Translations under genes and position numbers: made by a program
Notes under the pieces: generated by a model
Told to the model about the DNA's origin: nothing
What the model saw: only the letters and a program-made list of their open reading frames with translations
Databases searched by the model: none
In this document: positions 12,620 through 28,178 of the stretch, one piece after another
Layout: every line of letters begins with the position of its first letter
Numbering within the stretch: the stretch's first letter is position 1
Assembly (NCBI GenBank): GCA_964016885.1
Contig: OZ024756.1
Span: 13,702,001-13,766,000 of the forward strand
Source: Eledone cirrhosa
Taxonomy: Eukaryota
Length of the DNA: 64,000 nt
Direction: 5' to 3'

Positions 12620-14925
12620 GAGCCACGCCCCCAACTGTAAGTCTGCTGTCATGTGACAACGCCTGAAACGTTGAGAGGAGGGATACGGCGAACACAAGTA
12701 TTTATACCACAAACACATTTAGCAAAACCACCACAAACAACATGAACAACGACAGAAACGACAGCAACAGTGAGAACACTAACCTAAAAAAAGTTACAAC
12801 AGCAACCACAGCGACAACCAAAAGATAGACAACAGAAACAATGATAACAGAAACAATGACATTAACACCAACAACAAGAACATGAACAACGACAAAAACA
12901 AGGTAACAAAACCAACTGCACCGAAAACAACAACAGCAGCACCAAAGATATAACCAACAGTAACAGCGTCAACAGCAACAACACCAACAAGAACAACAAT
13001 GACAACAACAAGAACAATTTCGCTGCGGCAGCAGCCAAATAGAGGCCATGCTTCATCACGGACCTCACGAATAAAGATGAAATGTTGGCCCAAGCCTGGA
13101 AGTTCATCAAACAAGAGCAAACTTGGGCCAACTTAACTGTACCGGCAGAAACCATTGAAGCAGTGGAACGTAGAACGGTGCATTTGAGATGCATTTCAGC
13201 ATCGTACCAGAAACAAAGAGGGCGGCTTTAATTGCCCAAGCAGATCTTGAAGCCGCGCTGAGATACATCAAGGATGACATCGAGTACATAGCGAGGGGCA
13301 GACAATACGGCACCATTTCCGTGCTGTTTAAGTCAAAAGCTCTCGCTATGAAACATGCGATGACCCCTTGCAAAACGAGCATGGTCATTATGTACTCTTC
13401 CCACATGGGAAAACGAACAGCTCGTGTCCGCATTCTCGAGATTTAACACCTGGAAAACAACACCAACAAAACCATCACCACCACAGTCACGCAAATAAAT
13501 AAAACCGCACCAACAAAACATGCAAAACTTCGTCCCTGTCAGAAGGGCCAACAAAGAATTGGTGGCCATCGTAGCACGAAGTAAAGAAATTCAAACAGAG
13601 GGGGAGATTTTTGAATCGAGCATATTTCGCATACAAGAAGATTTGTTTCTGGTACGAATGTGGCTCGATTCCTATAAAGGAATTGGAGAGAGCTTTTCTC
13701 GGGACGTGAGAACTCCGACGTGAAACCCACATCAAGACTTTGAAAGGGTTTCCCAAAATATGAAAGGTTAACGGGAGCGAAACTTAACACAGAAAAGTCG
13801 GTGGGCTTGCAGCTCGGCATCTTCAGAGGCAAGTCCATGCCGTCCAACAGCAGTGAACAAGTGTGGTCGCCGTTTGTCAGACGGGCCTTTCCACAGCTCG
13901 TCTCTTTGACTGAGCTGCAGTCCTGGATCAAGAAGAGACTGGGTGACTGGCCTCTGGAATGTTGCCAGGTACTAACTGCCCTCTACCAGGCGGGCAATAT
14001 GGTCAGTGGAATTTCCACTCTCGAGTTCTATAGAGGATTAGTGGTGGGCAAGTGCGACGACGCACTCAGAGAGGCTCTGGGCGTTGACGAAGTCGAACTA
14101 GCCAAGCTGTTCCGGAGGACTTTCGAGCCAGGGACGATGGATTACTTCCAGAAATTACTCGCTTGGCAGTGCTACATGGGAGCACTGCCAATTCAAGATA
14201 AACTCTACAGGTACGGAAGTACTGTCAGACGGACCTGCCCGAGATGCGCGCAGAGCGACGAAACCGTTCTGCACGCACTTGTCCAATGTCCGTGCATTAC
14301 TGACTTGTGGAGTTATGTCGAACAGCTATTGTCGCGTGTAGAACAGATCCGGCTATCGGCCGAGTCCATAGTGAAGATCGACCCGCCGCTTTCTTTTGGC
14401 CAGGAAGGGCAGGCAATTTTCTTCTGTCTGGTGGCAGTAGCGAAAGAGGTTGTGTAGCGGACCAGGTTGAAAGGACTGAAGACAGATACTTTTCTCTTCA
14501 GCAATCCTTCATCAAACTTTTCAAATTTGACTTGGAAAAGAAGGTGAGGGTGGAGAGAGAAATGCATGTTGTGTGTGTGTGTGTGTGTCCTCAGTACCCC
14601 TTGCTGCTGAAAGGTGGGTGAATATGAGAAGAATGGCCCGTGTGAGTGGGCCTACTCTGATCATATCCTGTAGGCTGGTGAATTTGAATAGGAGAGGGGT
14701 GCACTCGAATCGTCGGCTGGTTCAGGATTGGTGGGGTACCAGATTTAACCCTGAGTGGTTACCACCCCATTGGGGTACTTCCGTTCTTTGTAATTTTCTT
14801 GTTTTACTGTTTTTGTTTTCATATTTCTTTCTCGATATTTGTGTACCCCCCCCCCCCCCACTGTCCCCGTCTATTGTACTGTCCCCTGTATGTCGGCCCT
14901 TGTGGCCAATAAATGAAACCATTAT
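12620..14925 (+). mobile_element. Rearranged or deleted Tx1/L1-like LINE (ORF1 remnant + ORF2 C-terminus)
   Basis: Broken ORF1-like frames at 13050-13720; ORF2 end with CPRC...ETVLHALVQCP zinc finger (13801-14457); AATAAA and simple-repeat tail near 14910. Left boundary approximate. Confidence 0.65.
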
Positions 14926-14964
14926 TGTTGTTCTTCTTCTTCTTGCTGCTGCTACTGCTGTTGT

Positions 14965-14995
<31 letters not shown>

Positions 14996-15061
14996 ATAGT
15001 GTTTGGTGTTGTCTGTTTACATTTCCCATGGGCTTAACATGTTTATTTTCGTCTTGTTCAG

Positions 15062-15898
15062 TATTCCACCCAGCTACCCTACCCCTTCCCCTCTCCCCCC
15101 TCTCACCAGGGTATCTCACTTCCTCACCTCCCACCTACCCTACCCTCCCCCTCTCACCAGGGTATCTCACTTCCTCACCTCCCACCTACCCTACCCTCCC
15201 CCACCACCAGGGTATCTCACCTCCTCACCTCCCAGCTACCCTCCACTTCCCCTCTCACCAAGGGTATCTCACCTCACCACCCAGCTACCCTACCCTCCCC
15301 CACTCACCAGGGTATCTCACCTCCTCACCTCCCAGCTACCCTCCACTCCCCCCTCTCACCAGGGTATCTCACCTCACCACCCAGCTACCTCCTCCCCCCT
15401 CTCACCAGGGTATCTCACCTCACCACCCAGCTACTACCCCCCCTCTCACCAGGGTATCTCACCTCACCACCCAGCTACCCCCCCTCTCACCAGGGTATCT
15501 CACCTCACCACCCAGCTACCCCCTCCACCCCTCTCACCAGGGTATCTCACCTCACCACCCAGCTATCCCCCCCCCTCTCACCAGGGTATCTCACCTCACC
15601 ACCCAGCTACCACCCCCCTCTCACCAGGGTATCTCACCTCACCACCCAGCTACCCCCTCCACCCCTCTCACCAGGGTATCTCACCTGACACCTCATTAGC
15701 ACATACCGCCACCTTAACTATCTGTCCTCGACACTTCACTGCCCCCCCCCCTCCATATACACACACACCACCACCACCACCACCACCACCACCACCACCA
15801 CCACCACCACACCACCACCAACAGTGGGTTATCTCGAGTGAAGTTATTGCCAAGTCTCTGATTTGCCAATTTCAACAAATAAAATGTACTTCCGGAAA
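15062..15898 (+). CDS. Possible further exon of gene A built largely from a C-rich minisatellite
   Basis: ttttcgtcttgttcAG acceptor at 15060-15061; phase-2 entry matches ORF 15003..15917; candidate GTATGA donor at 15899, also phase 2. The repeat lacks stops anyway, so ORF length is weak evidence. Confidence 0.35.
15085..15685. repeat. C-rich minisatellite, ~37-45-bp unit
   Basis: CCCTCTCACCAGGGTATCTCACCTCACCACCCAGCTACC repeated about 14 times with variable C-runs. Confidence 0.9.
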
Positions 15899-16324
15899 GT
15901 ATGATAGAGTCACGTGATAGCCATATTGTGTATGTATGTGTAATTGTTGTTGTTGTTATTGGACCAACGATAAATATATATATATTAGTATTGAATATCC
16001 ATGTGAAACTAGTTTTCCTTCTTCTTCTTCTTTTTCTTCTTCTTCTTCTTCTTCTTCCTCAGTGTTTGTTGTTTGGTTGGAGAATTCGTTTCGTTCCCCT
16101 TTTTCAATATATATAAATGGTTGTTCTAGTAGTAGTGGTGGTGGTGGTGGTAGTGGTAGTAGTAGTAGTAGTTATGGTGGTGGTAGTAGTAGTAGTTATG
16201 GTGGTGGTAGTGGTGGTGGTGGTGGTGGTAGTAGTAGCAGTAATAGTAGTGGTGGCAGTAGTAGTAGTAGTGATGGTAGTAGTAGTAGTAGTGATGGTGG
16301 TGGTAGTAGTAGTAGTAGTAGTCT

Positions 16325-16595
16325 TCTTTGTCCACTTGTTCCTGAGAGGGTCAGGGTGGGGGGGGGGCAGAGTCCTCAAACACTCCCTCTAGCGGCTCCT
16401 GTCAGAAACAACCGTGTCCAGTCGATCCGGCTGCTGGATCCCTCCACCAAGCGAGACCAGCCAAGCTCATGGATGTTTATCCCACCATCTTGTCCGGGGT
16501 CTACCCCCGGGGTCTCCTACCAGTTGGTTTCGCCCGTAAAATCTGTCCAGCGATTCTTTCCTTAGACATTCTAACCACATGTCCAGAGTATCGGA
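16325..16595 (-). mobile_element. RTE-type LINE 3' fragment
   Basis: - strand reads SGHVVRMSKERIAGQI...RPRGRPRTRW, typical of the RTE ORF C-terminus. Confidence 0.65.
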
Positions 16596-17028
16596 ACTTT
16601 TCGAAACAGAGACACCATAGAAACACGGTCTTATTCAGTTTCCGGCTACCAAATTCCACTCAATCCGAATCTATGATGGAAATGTAGAAGATACTTCCCC
16701 GAGGTGCTGCCGAACATGACGGAAACCACAATCACGTGGTTGCGAAGTGAAACGCTTTGACCACTCAACTATGCCAGCGTTAGAGATGAATATTTTAGCG
16801 AAGACTTAAACATACTGGCGAAGGGAATCATGGTTTTGATTGATGTTTACCAAAATCAATAATTGGTGATCGATACTAATTACTGTAATCGATGGTAAAC
16901 ATTTAATATTTTCTGATTCTCAGAAATAACGGCTATCTAAGTACAACATAATCTTTATGTGAGTACAACATTATTCTAACACCCATGTGTATGGCTTTAA
17001 ATTTGTATTTAAATCTACATATCATTTG

Positions 17029-17071
<43 letters not shown>

Positions 17072-17075
<4 letters not shown>

Positions 17076-18060
17076 CTCTCTCGTCTACGATTTCACAGAA
17101 CTTATGTTTACCGAATTCGCAGACCAGACCCCTTCTTCCTCCCGTTAGACCTGTGCGAAATTCCTTCCTTGCTCACATTTCAACCAGGTTTGATGGTCTT
17201 TATTCTCTCGTTCACGATTTCACCGAATTTAAATTCATAGAAATCTGGGACTTGTCTCTTTCTTCATCACTTTCTGTTGCTTTAACCATTTTGTTTGTTT
17301 ACCCCCGCGTCCCCTTTATTTACGTGTCCCAACGACTTTGTTTAGCCGTTGCTCGCACCAACCGGAGGTATATGGTCTTTAAAGCGATGAAATGCCTATG
17401 ATGGTTGGAAGATCACTGATGAAGGACAAACTTTTTCATATGTAACCCATTTGCAACGCCGCAGCTCCATTATTATCATATTTACACATATATTTTTTCC
17501 TCTGCTGCTACCCGTCTGTTTCGTTCTTTGTATCTTTACCCTTTCTAGCAGTCTCTCTCTCTGTTAGCCTCTTCCTCACTCTTCACTCACTCATTCTCTG
17601 TCACTACCTCTCCTCCTCCTCTTTCTTCCCGTTTGACCTGTGTGTGATTCTTTTCTCTCGCACGCTGGCCAAGCTGGTATGAATTTTTTTTCTCTCTCTC
17701 TCGTCTACGATTTCACAGAACTTATGTTTATCGAATTCGCAGACCAGACCCCTTCTTCCCCCCGTTAGACCTGTGCGAAATTCCTTCCTTGCTCACATTT
17801 CAACCAGGTTTGATGGTCTTTATTCTCTCGTTCACGATTTCACCGAATTTAAATTCATAGAAATCTGGGACTTGTCTCTTTCTTCATCACTTTCTGTTGC
17901 TTAAACCATTTTGTTTGTTTACCCTCGCGTCCCCTTTATTTACGTGTCCCAACGACTTTTTTTAGCCGTTGCCCGCACCAACCGGAGGTATATGGTCTTT
18001 AAAGCGATGAAATGCCTATGATGGTTGGAAGATCACTGATGAAGGACAAACTTTTTCATA
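17072..18060. repeat. Dispersed repeat with ~370-bp internal tandem duplication; third copy at 43160-43745
   Basis: 17075-17440 is near-identical to 17695-18060; homologous block at 43175-43740; all copies flanked by (TA)n. Confidence 0.85.
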
Positions 18061-18238
18061 TATATATATATATGTATGTTTCATATATATATATATATAT
18101 ATGTATGTTTCTCATTGATATATCCTCGTTTATTGTTTACAAATATATTATAGACGCTCTGAACGAATGTTTATTGAGCTTTTTACTGAGAAACATTATC
18201 GATACATATTTTATATGTATTGATTAAACCTAAAATTA

Positions 18239-21699
<3,461 letters not shown>

Positions 21700-21720
21700 T
21701 ATGTAAATGTTATAGTGAAG

Positions 21721-22025
21721 AGGCATGGCTCTGGGTAGAGCATCGGGCTTGCAATCGGAAGGTTGTGAGTTCGATTCTCGGGCCGGGTGATGTGTTGTGT
21801 CCTTGAGCAAGATACTTTATTTCACGTTGCTCCAATTTACTCAGCTGTAGAAATGAGTTGGCTATTGCCTTTTCCTTGGTCAACATCGGTGGCGTGGAGA
21901 GGGGAGGCTTGTATGCATGGGCGACTGCTAGTCTTCCGCAAATAACTGTGTCCGGACTTGTGCCTTGGAGGTAAACTTTCTAGGTGCAAATGTTCATTCG
22001 TGACCGAAGGGGGTCTTTACCCTTT
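21721..22025 (+). mobile_element. tRNA-derived SINE, family 2
   Basis: tRNA-like head with GAGTTCGATTC B box, shared core with 3643-3760, ends CTTTACCCTTT. Confidence 0.75.
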
Positions 22026-22114
22026 TTTAAAATGTAATAATAAAAATAACAAAATAAACGGCACAGTACATGGAAGAAATATATTAGTTTAATGCTTGAA
22101 ATAACAGGAAGAGT

Positions 22115-22152
22115 ATCTTAACGTTTCGGACACTAGACCTTCATCTGAAGAT
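22115..22152 (-). ncRNA. Degenerate minimal hammerhead ribozyme motif
   Basis: ATCTT-CAGATGA-stem-GAAA-CG-TT-AAGAT; stem I pairs, palindromic stem III, core has a U-to-A change. Confidence 0.4.
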
Positions 22153-22398
22153 AAGGTTAGAAATATATTTATTAACAGTTAAAATAGTTTTATTCACAAT
22201 TAAAATATGTTTATTAACTTGGCTTGGGCAATTGTAAATATCTTTTAATTATCAAAGAAACGTTTTTAAGATTTTTTTATGTTCAAGATTTAAGATTTTT
22301 ACTCTTAGCAAAGCTGGAACTTCCTGTCTACATTGTTGCTAGTTGTTGTTAATGAACAATCGATTACATATTAATCCCCGTTATTTGATTTGTATTTG

Positions 22399-22590
22399 AG
22401 GGCGGTGGATTGGCAGTATCAGTAGAGAGTCGGACGCCATGCTTTCCAGCATAGTTACGTCCCTTTACGATCTGAGTTCAAATCCCGCCGAGGTTGACTT
22501 TGCCTTTCATCCTTACGGGGTCGATAAAATAAAGTACCAGTAATGCACTGGGTAATTGCTGGCCTTGTGCCTAAAGTAGAGACAGTTATT
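22399..22590 (+). mobile_element. Family-1 SINE in the presumptive 3' UTR region of the 883-aa gene
   Basis: Full head, B box and core; flanked by direct repeat TTATTTGATTTGTATTT. Confidence 0.85.
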
Positions 22591-22820
22591 TGATTTGTAT
22601 TTTACTTTATCAACTCCAGAAGGCTGAAAGATGAAGTTGGTCTCGTTGGGTTTTGAACTCAGAATCTAAATCAGCTTTAGCTATATAATCCCTCCTATCC
22701 TCTTCTTGTTGTAAATATAATCAAGACCCCCCCCCCCCCACTCTCTGCATTAATTGTTGTTTTTTAATCTCTATAATTTAATATAATCGTATTTTTTCTA
22801 ATTTCAGTCATGTGTGTGTT

Positions 22821-23634
22821 TTAGTAGGGATAGTTGAAGTTACCAGGATGTTTCATGAAATATAAATTCGGATATTTTTCATACGAATCATCTTCATCTT
22901 CAGATTCAGCTTCATTTCCAGCAACGAACTGGACGTGTTTTCCTGTTTCGAAACGTTGTTTCAGTTTCATGACAGAATTACCAACACTAGCAGACGATCT
23001 GTCACGTGACGATTCTCTTTCATTGATCACTTCAGTCTCGGCATCACTTTCATCTGTTACTTCGGTTACAAAAGGAATTTCATCAAACGAACGAAATCTA
23101 CCTTGACATTTCGGTATATTTAAAAGACTCCCTTGAATCTCTTCAGAATTTGTTTCATTCAAATATATATATTTCGTATTTACAGACCGATTATTAATGT
23201 CAGGAGCAGGCGATTGGAAATAACCGGCGATTGTTTGATACGAAAGTTTGTTTGAATCTCCATTTTCTCTTACGAGGGTCTGCTGTGATATATTCATTAC
23301 ATCTCTTTTCTTAGCTTCATCGTCAACAAGGTTATCCCTGACTGGAAGCTGGGAGGCGTTTGAGTAAATTCTCTCTCTGGGAACATATTGAGAGTTGTAC
23401 AAATTATATCTTCGAAATTCGATTTCATTAGTGAATCTTTCTTGTTCTCTGGGGGGTATCATATGAATGGGTTCTTCAACCGATGGCTTTAAAACCATGT
23501 CACGCTCTCTAGAAACAGGGACACCTGGTGGTTCACGAAAGTCTTTGCGAACTATTCTTTCCTTTTTTATGGTCTGTTCTATTACTTCAGGATGTGGTTG
23601 AAGAATATGTTGTTGTTGCTGTTGTCGTTGTTGT

Positions 23635-23666
<32 letters not shown>

Positions 23667-25472
23667 ATGCTGTTGTTGTTGGAATTCTTGTTGCAGCTGT
23701 GGTTGCTGTTGTTGTTGCAGCAGCTGCTGCTGTGGTCGTTGTTGTTCTTGATGCGGTTGTTGCCGTTGTTCTTGGTGTGGCTGTTGCTGCTGTTGCTGTT
23801 GTTGTTTATACAAAGGTCTGACGTGATAAGAAGGAAAATCTACATTACTTATATTTACGTTCTGTCCATAAGTATGCTCGTCTTTCTCCACAAATGTGGT
23901 ATTTTTAACAATGACTCCTTCATCAAGTGTTATAACATTATTCTTGTGATTTTGTAAAACTACATTAGGTGGGCAAGATGGCAGTGTTTCTCCAACAAAT
24001 ACTTTATCTCTTCTCTCAGCTATTAACTTGTTCTTTTGTAAATCCGTTATATATGCCTGAAATGGATCGACTAGACTGCCACGGCTGTCAAGGTAATTTC
24101 CGTGTAAGTCCATAGAATAACTAGACATATCAATATTTCCTTCAAGAAGTTTCAGAAGACGCATAAGCATAAAAGTCTTCGCAGTCTGGTGTGGATCTTC
24201 TCCTCCCTCACGAGACACGACAGAGTTGTTTCCCCTTTGGTTAGCCATTTTCAAACTGGATTTCTTAGGTAGAATATTAAAGTTGGGAATTGTTCTCTCC
24301 AAGTATTCTAAATATTCTTCTTCGTCAATCTCATCAATATTTGCTCCGTCATTCCGATGAGGTCCATAAGGGTCTGCGAAGTTATCTTGGAAGCTGGGTG
24401 CTTCCCGATAATAAATCGGTTCGTCTAAATCAAAATTATCCTGAAGTTGTCCCCCTGGATAGTTCGGAAAATCCACGCGTGGGTTGGGTGACCTTACACC
24501 ATTCTGACTCCAGGGGTAATCATTGAAATCTAGATTGTTCATTGAATCCCATCCATATCTTTGGTTCGGATTTGAGAAGTTTGGCTGTTGAGCAGGAAAT
24601 CTATAATAATCTTGCTTTGGAAATTGCCCCGGTTGGATGTAAGAGTTATAACCACACGGGTTCATTCGTAAAGGGAGGTGATTCTGTCTGAAAGGGTAAG
24701 TATTGAAATGTGGAGGCCTAGTAGGAAAAGGAGGACGATTTATCGTATATTTAGGAAAATTACTAAATCTTTCCATATAAGGTGATAAATATGGGTTTGA
24801 AAATGACCCACGGGGATGAAATGAAAAGTTCATTTGCTGTGGGTAATTTCTTTGGGGGCATCCAAACTTATTCCGAAGGTTGTCCGAGTTTGGTGGCATC
24901 TGTTGTATTGAACTCGGAACTCGGATCAAAGCAAGAGAGTTATCTACAAGGCATTTGTTGTCATCTGTCAACCGAGTTCCTTCCAAAGGTTCTGCGTGGC
25001 TTCTCCTCTCATGGGAATCATCAATCTCATGATTCAAGCAATTGGTTGGTAATTCAGCAAGGGACGCCTGATTCAGGAGTCTGCCACCTGAACTAGACGC
25101 AAAAGCAAGAGACGTTTTATCATCATCATTGCTGTGGAAATATGGCGTTTTTCGTGTCTGTCTGTTAATATTTTCACGTTTTATTTCAAATGGCTGTTGC
25201 TGGCAAATGTCACGTTGTTCAAATGAACCTGGACAAGACAATTTGATTCGATTCAATAAGTTACATCTGTCCATGTATGAAGGCAATTGCTGATCTATCT
25301 CTGGCTCAAAATTGTGTCCATGAGAATATGATATTGCGTCAGAGTATGGGGATGTCGGCTTCCCCCAGATTTTCTTGTTGTCTGTCGTCTGCTCCATGCG
25401 GCCAAAGTTATCTGTAGGTCCACCTAGTTTTATATTACCGAAGTCATCTTCCAAATCTCTACTGTCGTACAT
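22821..25472 (-). CDS. 883-aa intronless, largely disordered protein with a single reflectin-like motif (aa ~444-471) and a poly-Q tract
   Basis: 2.65-kb uninterrupted, mostly non-repetitive ORF; ATG preceded by an in-frame TAA and a strong splice acceptor (TCTTTTTTTTTCCTTTTTTCCAG, exon start 25487); contains EGNIDMSSYSMDLHGNYLDSRGSLVDPF. Confidence 0.88.
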
Positions 25473-25579
25473 CTTTTAATATAGAAGCTGGAAAAAAGGA
25501 AAAAAAAAGATAACTTACAAATATTGTTTCAAAAATGGAAGAGCAAGGCGACAGGAAGACATGGCAGCAGCTGTATATA

Positions 25580-25730
25580 CGAGGGTCGGCTGAAACGTTC
25601 ACAGGCTGACCAAGAAACTCTCACGGGATGACCAAATGAGGTTTATTTTTCAACATAGTCCATGAACAGAATTTATACATGCAATATTTCACAGCTCTAG
25701 TCAGCCTATGAACTTTTCAGCCAACCCTCA
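25580..25730. mobile_element. Mariner-derived MITE
   Basis: TA|CGAGGGTCGGCTGAAACGTTCACAGGCTGAC ... GTCAGCCTATGAACTTTTCAGCCAACCCTCA|TA inverted ends. Confidence 0.75.
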
Positions 25731-25899
25731 TAGAATGGAGACTGAGTGGTGGTAGTGGCGGGGGGGGGGGGCTGGTTCTTGTGGTCGAAATAGGCATGGC
25801 AGGCGATGGGGAGATGAAACCGATAGGTGTCAGATCGATGAGACAGAATATGAGCAGTTGGCTCTCGATTGAAGAGGCCTTCACCTGAAATGGGCGAAT

Positions 25900-26095
25900 A
25901 ATTGTTTCTACTTTTGGCACAAGGCCAGCAATTACCCAAGTGCATTACTGGGGCTTTATTTTATCGACCCCGTAAGTATTAAAGGGAAAGTTAACCTCGG
26001 CGAGATTTGAACTCAGAACGTAAAAGGCCATAACTCTATGCTGCAAAGCTCAGTGTCTGACGTTCTACCAATACTGCCAATCCACCGAAGTTGGC
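25900..26095 (-). mobile_element. Family-1 SINE
   Basis: Reverse complement of the family-1 core and B box. Confidence 0.8.
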
Positions 26096-26513
26096 AAATA
26101 ATGGTTGAGAATTATTAGTGTTGATGTTATTGATTGAAAAACATTTTACAGGTTTCAGATAATCTGATTAGCTATCTAAAGTCTGAGGCCCTCATCAGAC
26201 AGGTGCTTATCCTGGTTTCCGTAGCGTGAAGCGACCGAGAGTAAAAGACTCCCTCCTGGGAAGGACGCCAGTCCATTGCAAAGTTAAACCCCCAGCTATT
26301 GTTGGTACTCATTTTCAGCTGATTATACAACACTAACAACAACAACAACAATAACAACACCAATACTATCACCAGCAACAACAACAATAACAACACCAAC
26401 AACACCAATACTAACACCACCACCAACAACAACAACACCAACAACACCAATACTAACACCAACAACAACAACAACAACAACAATAACAACACCAACAACA
26501 ACGCCAATACTAA

Positions 26514-26546
<33 letters not shown>

Positions 26547-26699
26547 CACCAACAACACCAATACTAACACCAGCACCAACAACAACAACAACAATAACAA
26601 CACCAACAACAACAATACTAACACCACCAACAACAACACGAGTACCACCATCACTATAACTACAACACTTCACTATGTAGTCGAAAGTCTAAAGTATGT

Positions 26700-27072
26700 C
26701 TTAAGCCAGAAAGCTCATTAGGCTGCTGCTTATCCTAGTTTCATGGCATGAAGCGACTGAGAGTACAAGACAGCCCCTGGATAAGATGCCAGTCCATCAC
26801 AGTGTTACAGTCTGTCTCATTAGGCTGCTGCTTATCCTAGTTTCATGGCATAAAGTGACTGAGAGTACAAGACTCCCTCCTTGACGGGACACCAGTCCAT
26901 CATAGGGTTAAACCACCAGCTATTGCTGGTACTCCTTTTCAGCTGAGTATACTGGAGCAACGTGAAATGAAGTGTTTTGATCAAGAACACAACACGCAAC
27001 CCAGCCCAGGAATCGAACCCACGACATTATGATCGTAAGTCCAACACCCTTGCCACTAGGCTACACGCCTCC
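26700..27072 (-). mobile_element. tRNA-derived SINE (family-2-related head, different 3' end, duplicated tail segments)
   Basis: - strand GGCGTGTAGCCTAGTGG...GGGTTCGATTCC head; tail segment repeated at 26185-26322 and 26715-26800. Confidence 0.65.
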
Positions 27073-27120
27073 ACAATTATTATTTATGCATAGATGTATC
27101 CCTATCAGGTAAATTTACAA

Positions 27121-27341
27121 CCGGCATGCCAAACATGCGGTCCGCGGGCTGCATGTGGCCCTTTACAAGCAAACCTGCGGCCCGCACAAAGGGTTTTTAT
27201 AGTGCGAGTATATTTTATTTTCGTAATATAAAATTTTAAAAAATAGTTGTAATGTGCGCAATTAGTTGTCGTGTGTGACCCTCAGGCAACACATATGTGA
27301 CCCAAGAGGCCCTTCGGGGGACCCGGCACTTGACATACCTG
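27121..27341. mobile_element. hAT (Charlie-like) MITE
   Basis: Exact 8-bp target-site duplication ATTTACAA (27113-27120, 27342-27349); imperfect TIRs; GCGGCCC subterminal motifs. Confidence 0.78.
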
Positions 27342-27891
27342 ATTTACAATACATTGATATTTTAACGAGAAAGCGTTCGGGTTGCAAGAAATAGCAGCCA
27401 AATCCACCCTCACTTCCGAAGCACACCTTAGCATCTTAAAAAATAGTTATAGATACATTTTATAATGGCGTCTTGTATACATCATATGAGAAAATAAGAT
27501 GATCATTGGATAGTCATGGCTGGAACGCTTTCATCATAGGTTTGCTTCACCAGGTCTGAGCTGGAGCTAAACAACAACAACAATATATGTTATATATATA
27601 TACATGTGCGTGTGTACGTGTGTGCGTGTGCGTGTGTGTTTGCGTGCGTGCGCAGTGTAAGCCCGAGAAGACAATAAATCACAGTAGTAGTCGGTGCATG
27701 AAATCAGAGATGGTAATCTGACACCATAGTCTAGTGACCATCCCCAGAATTTTAGAAAGGGAAATAACTCCCACACCCTGCTTCCCTAAAGAAACCGTTA
27801 TGTACATCATATGTTTACTTGTAGTGGGACTGCTACCACCGCTTTCCAAATTACAGTAGCATATCAAAGACAAGAACGTTACAACTTAACA

Positions 27892-27962
27892 CCTGTCTGA
27901 TGAAAACACGTCAAAGGGTTATTATACAATCACATTGATGTCTTTGAAATACGTATAACAGG
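27892..27962 (+). ncRNA. Type I minimal hammerhead ribozyme motif (Penelope-type)
   Basis: CCTGT-CTGATGA-[AAACACGTCAA..TTGATGTCTTT stem II]-GAAA-TACGTA-TA-ACAGG; intact core, perfect stem I, palindromic stem III. Confidence 0.65.
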
Positions 27963-28123
27963 AGATTATTTAATAAACAGAGGACAGAGGATGTATACTT
28001 AAAACCATCTCTCTTCTTTATAATATACGTATATATAATATATATAATATATATAGCATGTATTAATTTTCTTAACTAATCACTTTCCTCTCCTCTTTGA
28101 TTGGTTTGCTTGCTTAATATTTG

Positions 28124-28178
<55 letters not shown>

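Noticed and set aside
15085-15685. Similarity of SPGYLTSPPSY repeats to the RNA polymerase II CTD
   Set aside because: Not heptad YSPTSPS, unit length is not a constant multiple of 3, and there are no RPB1 exons nearby.
21721-21790. Possible tRNA gene (also 3643-3715 and 26990-27072)
   Set aside because: A and B boxes run into a SINE body and no acceptor stem closes; these are SINE heads.
22821-25472. Calling the 883-aa gene a canonical reflectin
   Set aside because: Only one motif, much longer than typical reflectins, and not Met/Tyr/Arg dominated overall; reported as reflectin-motif-containing only.
25488-25518. GTAAGT donor 31 nt upstream of the acceptor of the 883-aa gene
   Set aside because: The implied intron is implausibly short.
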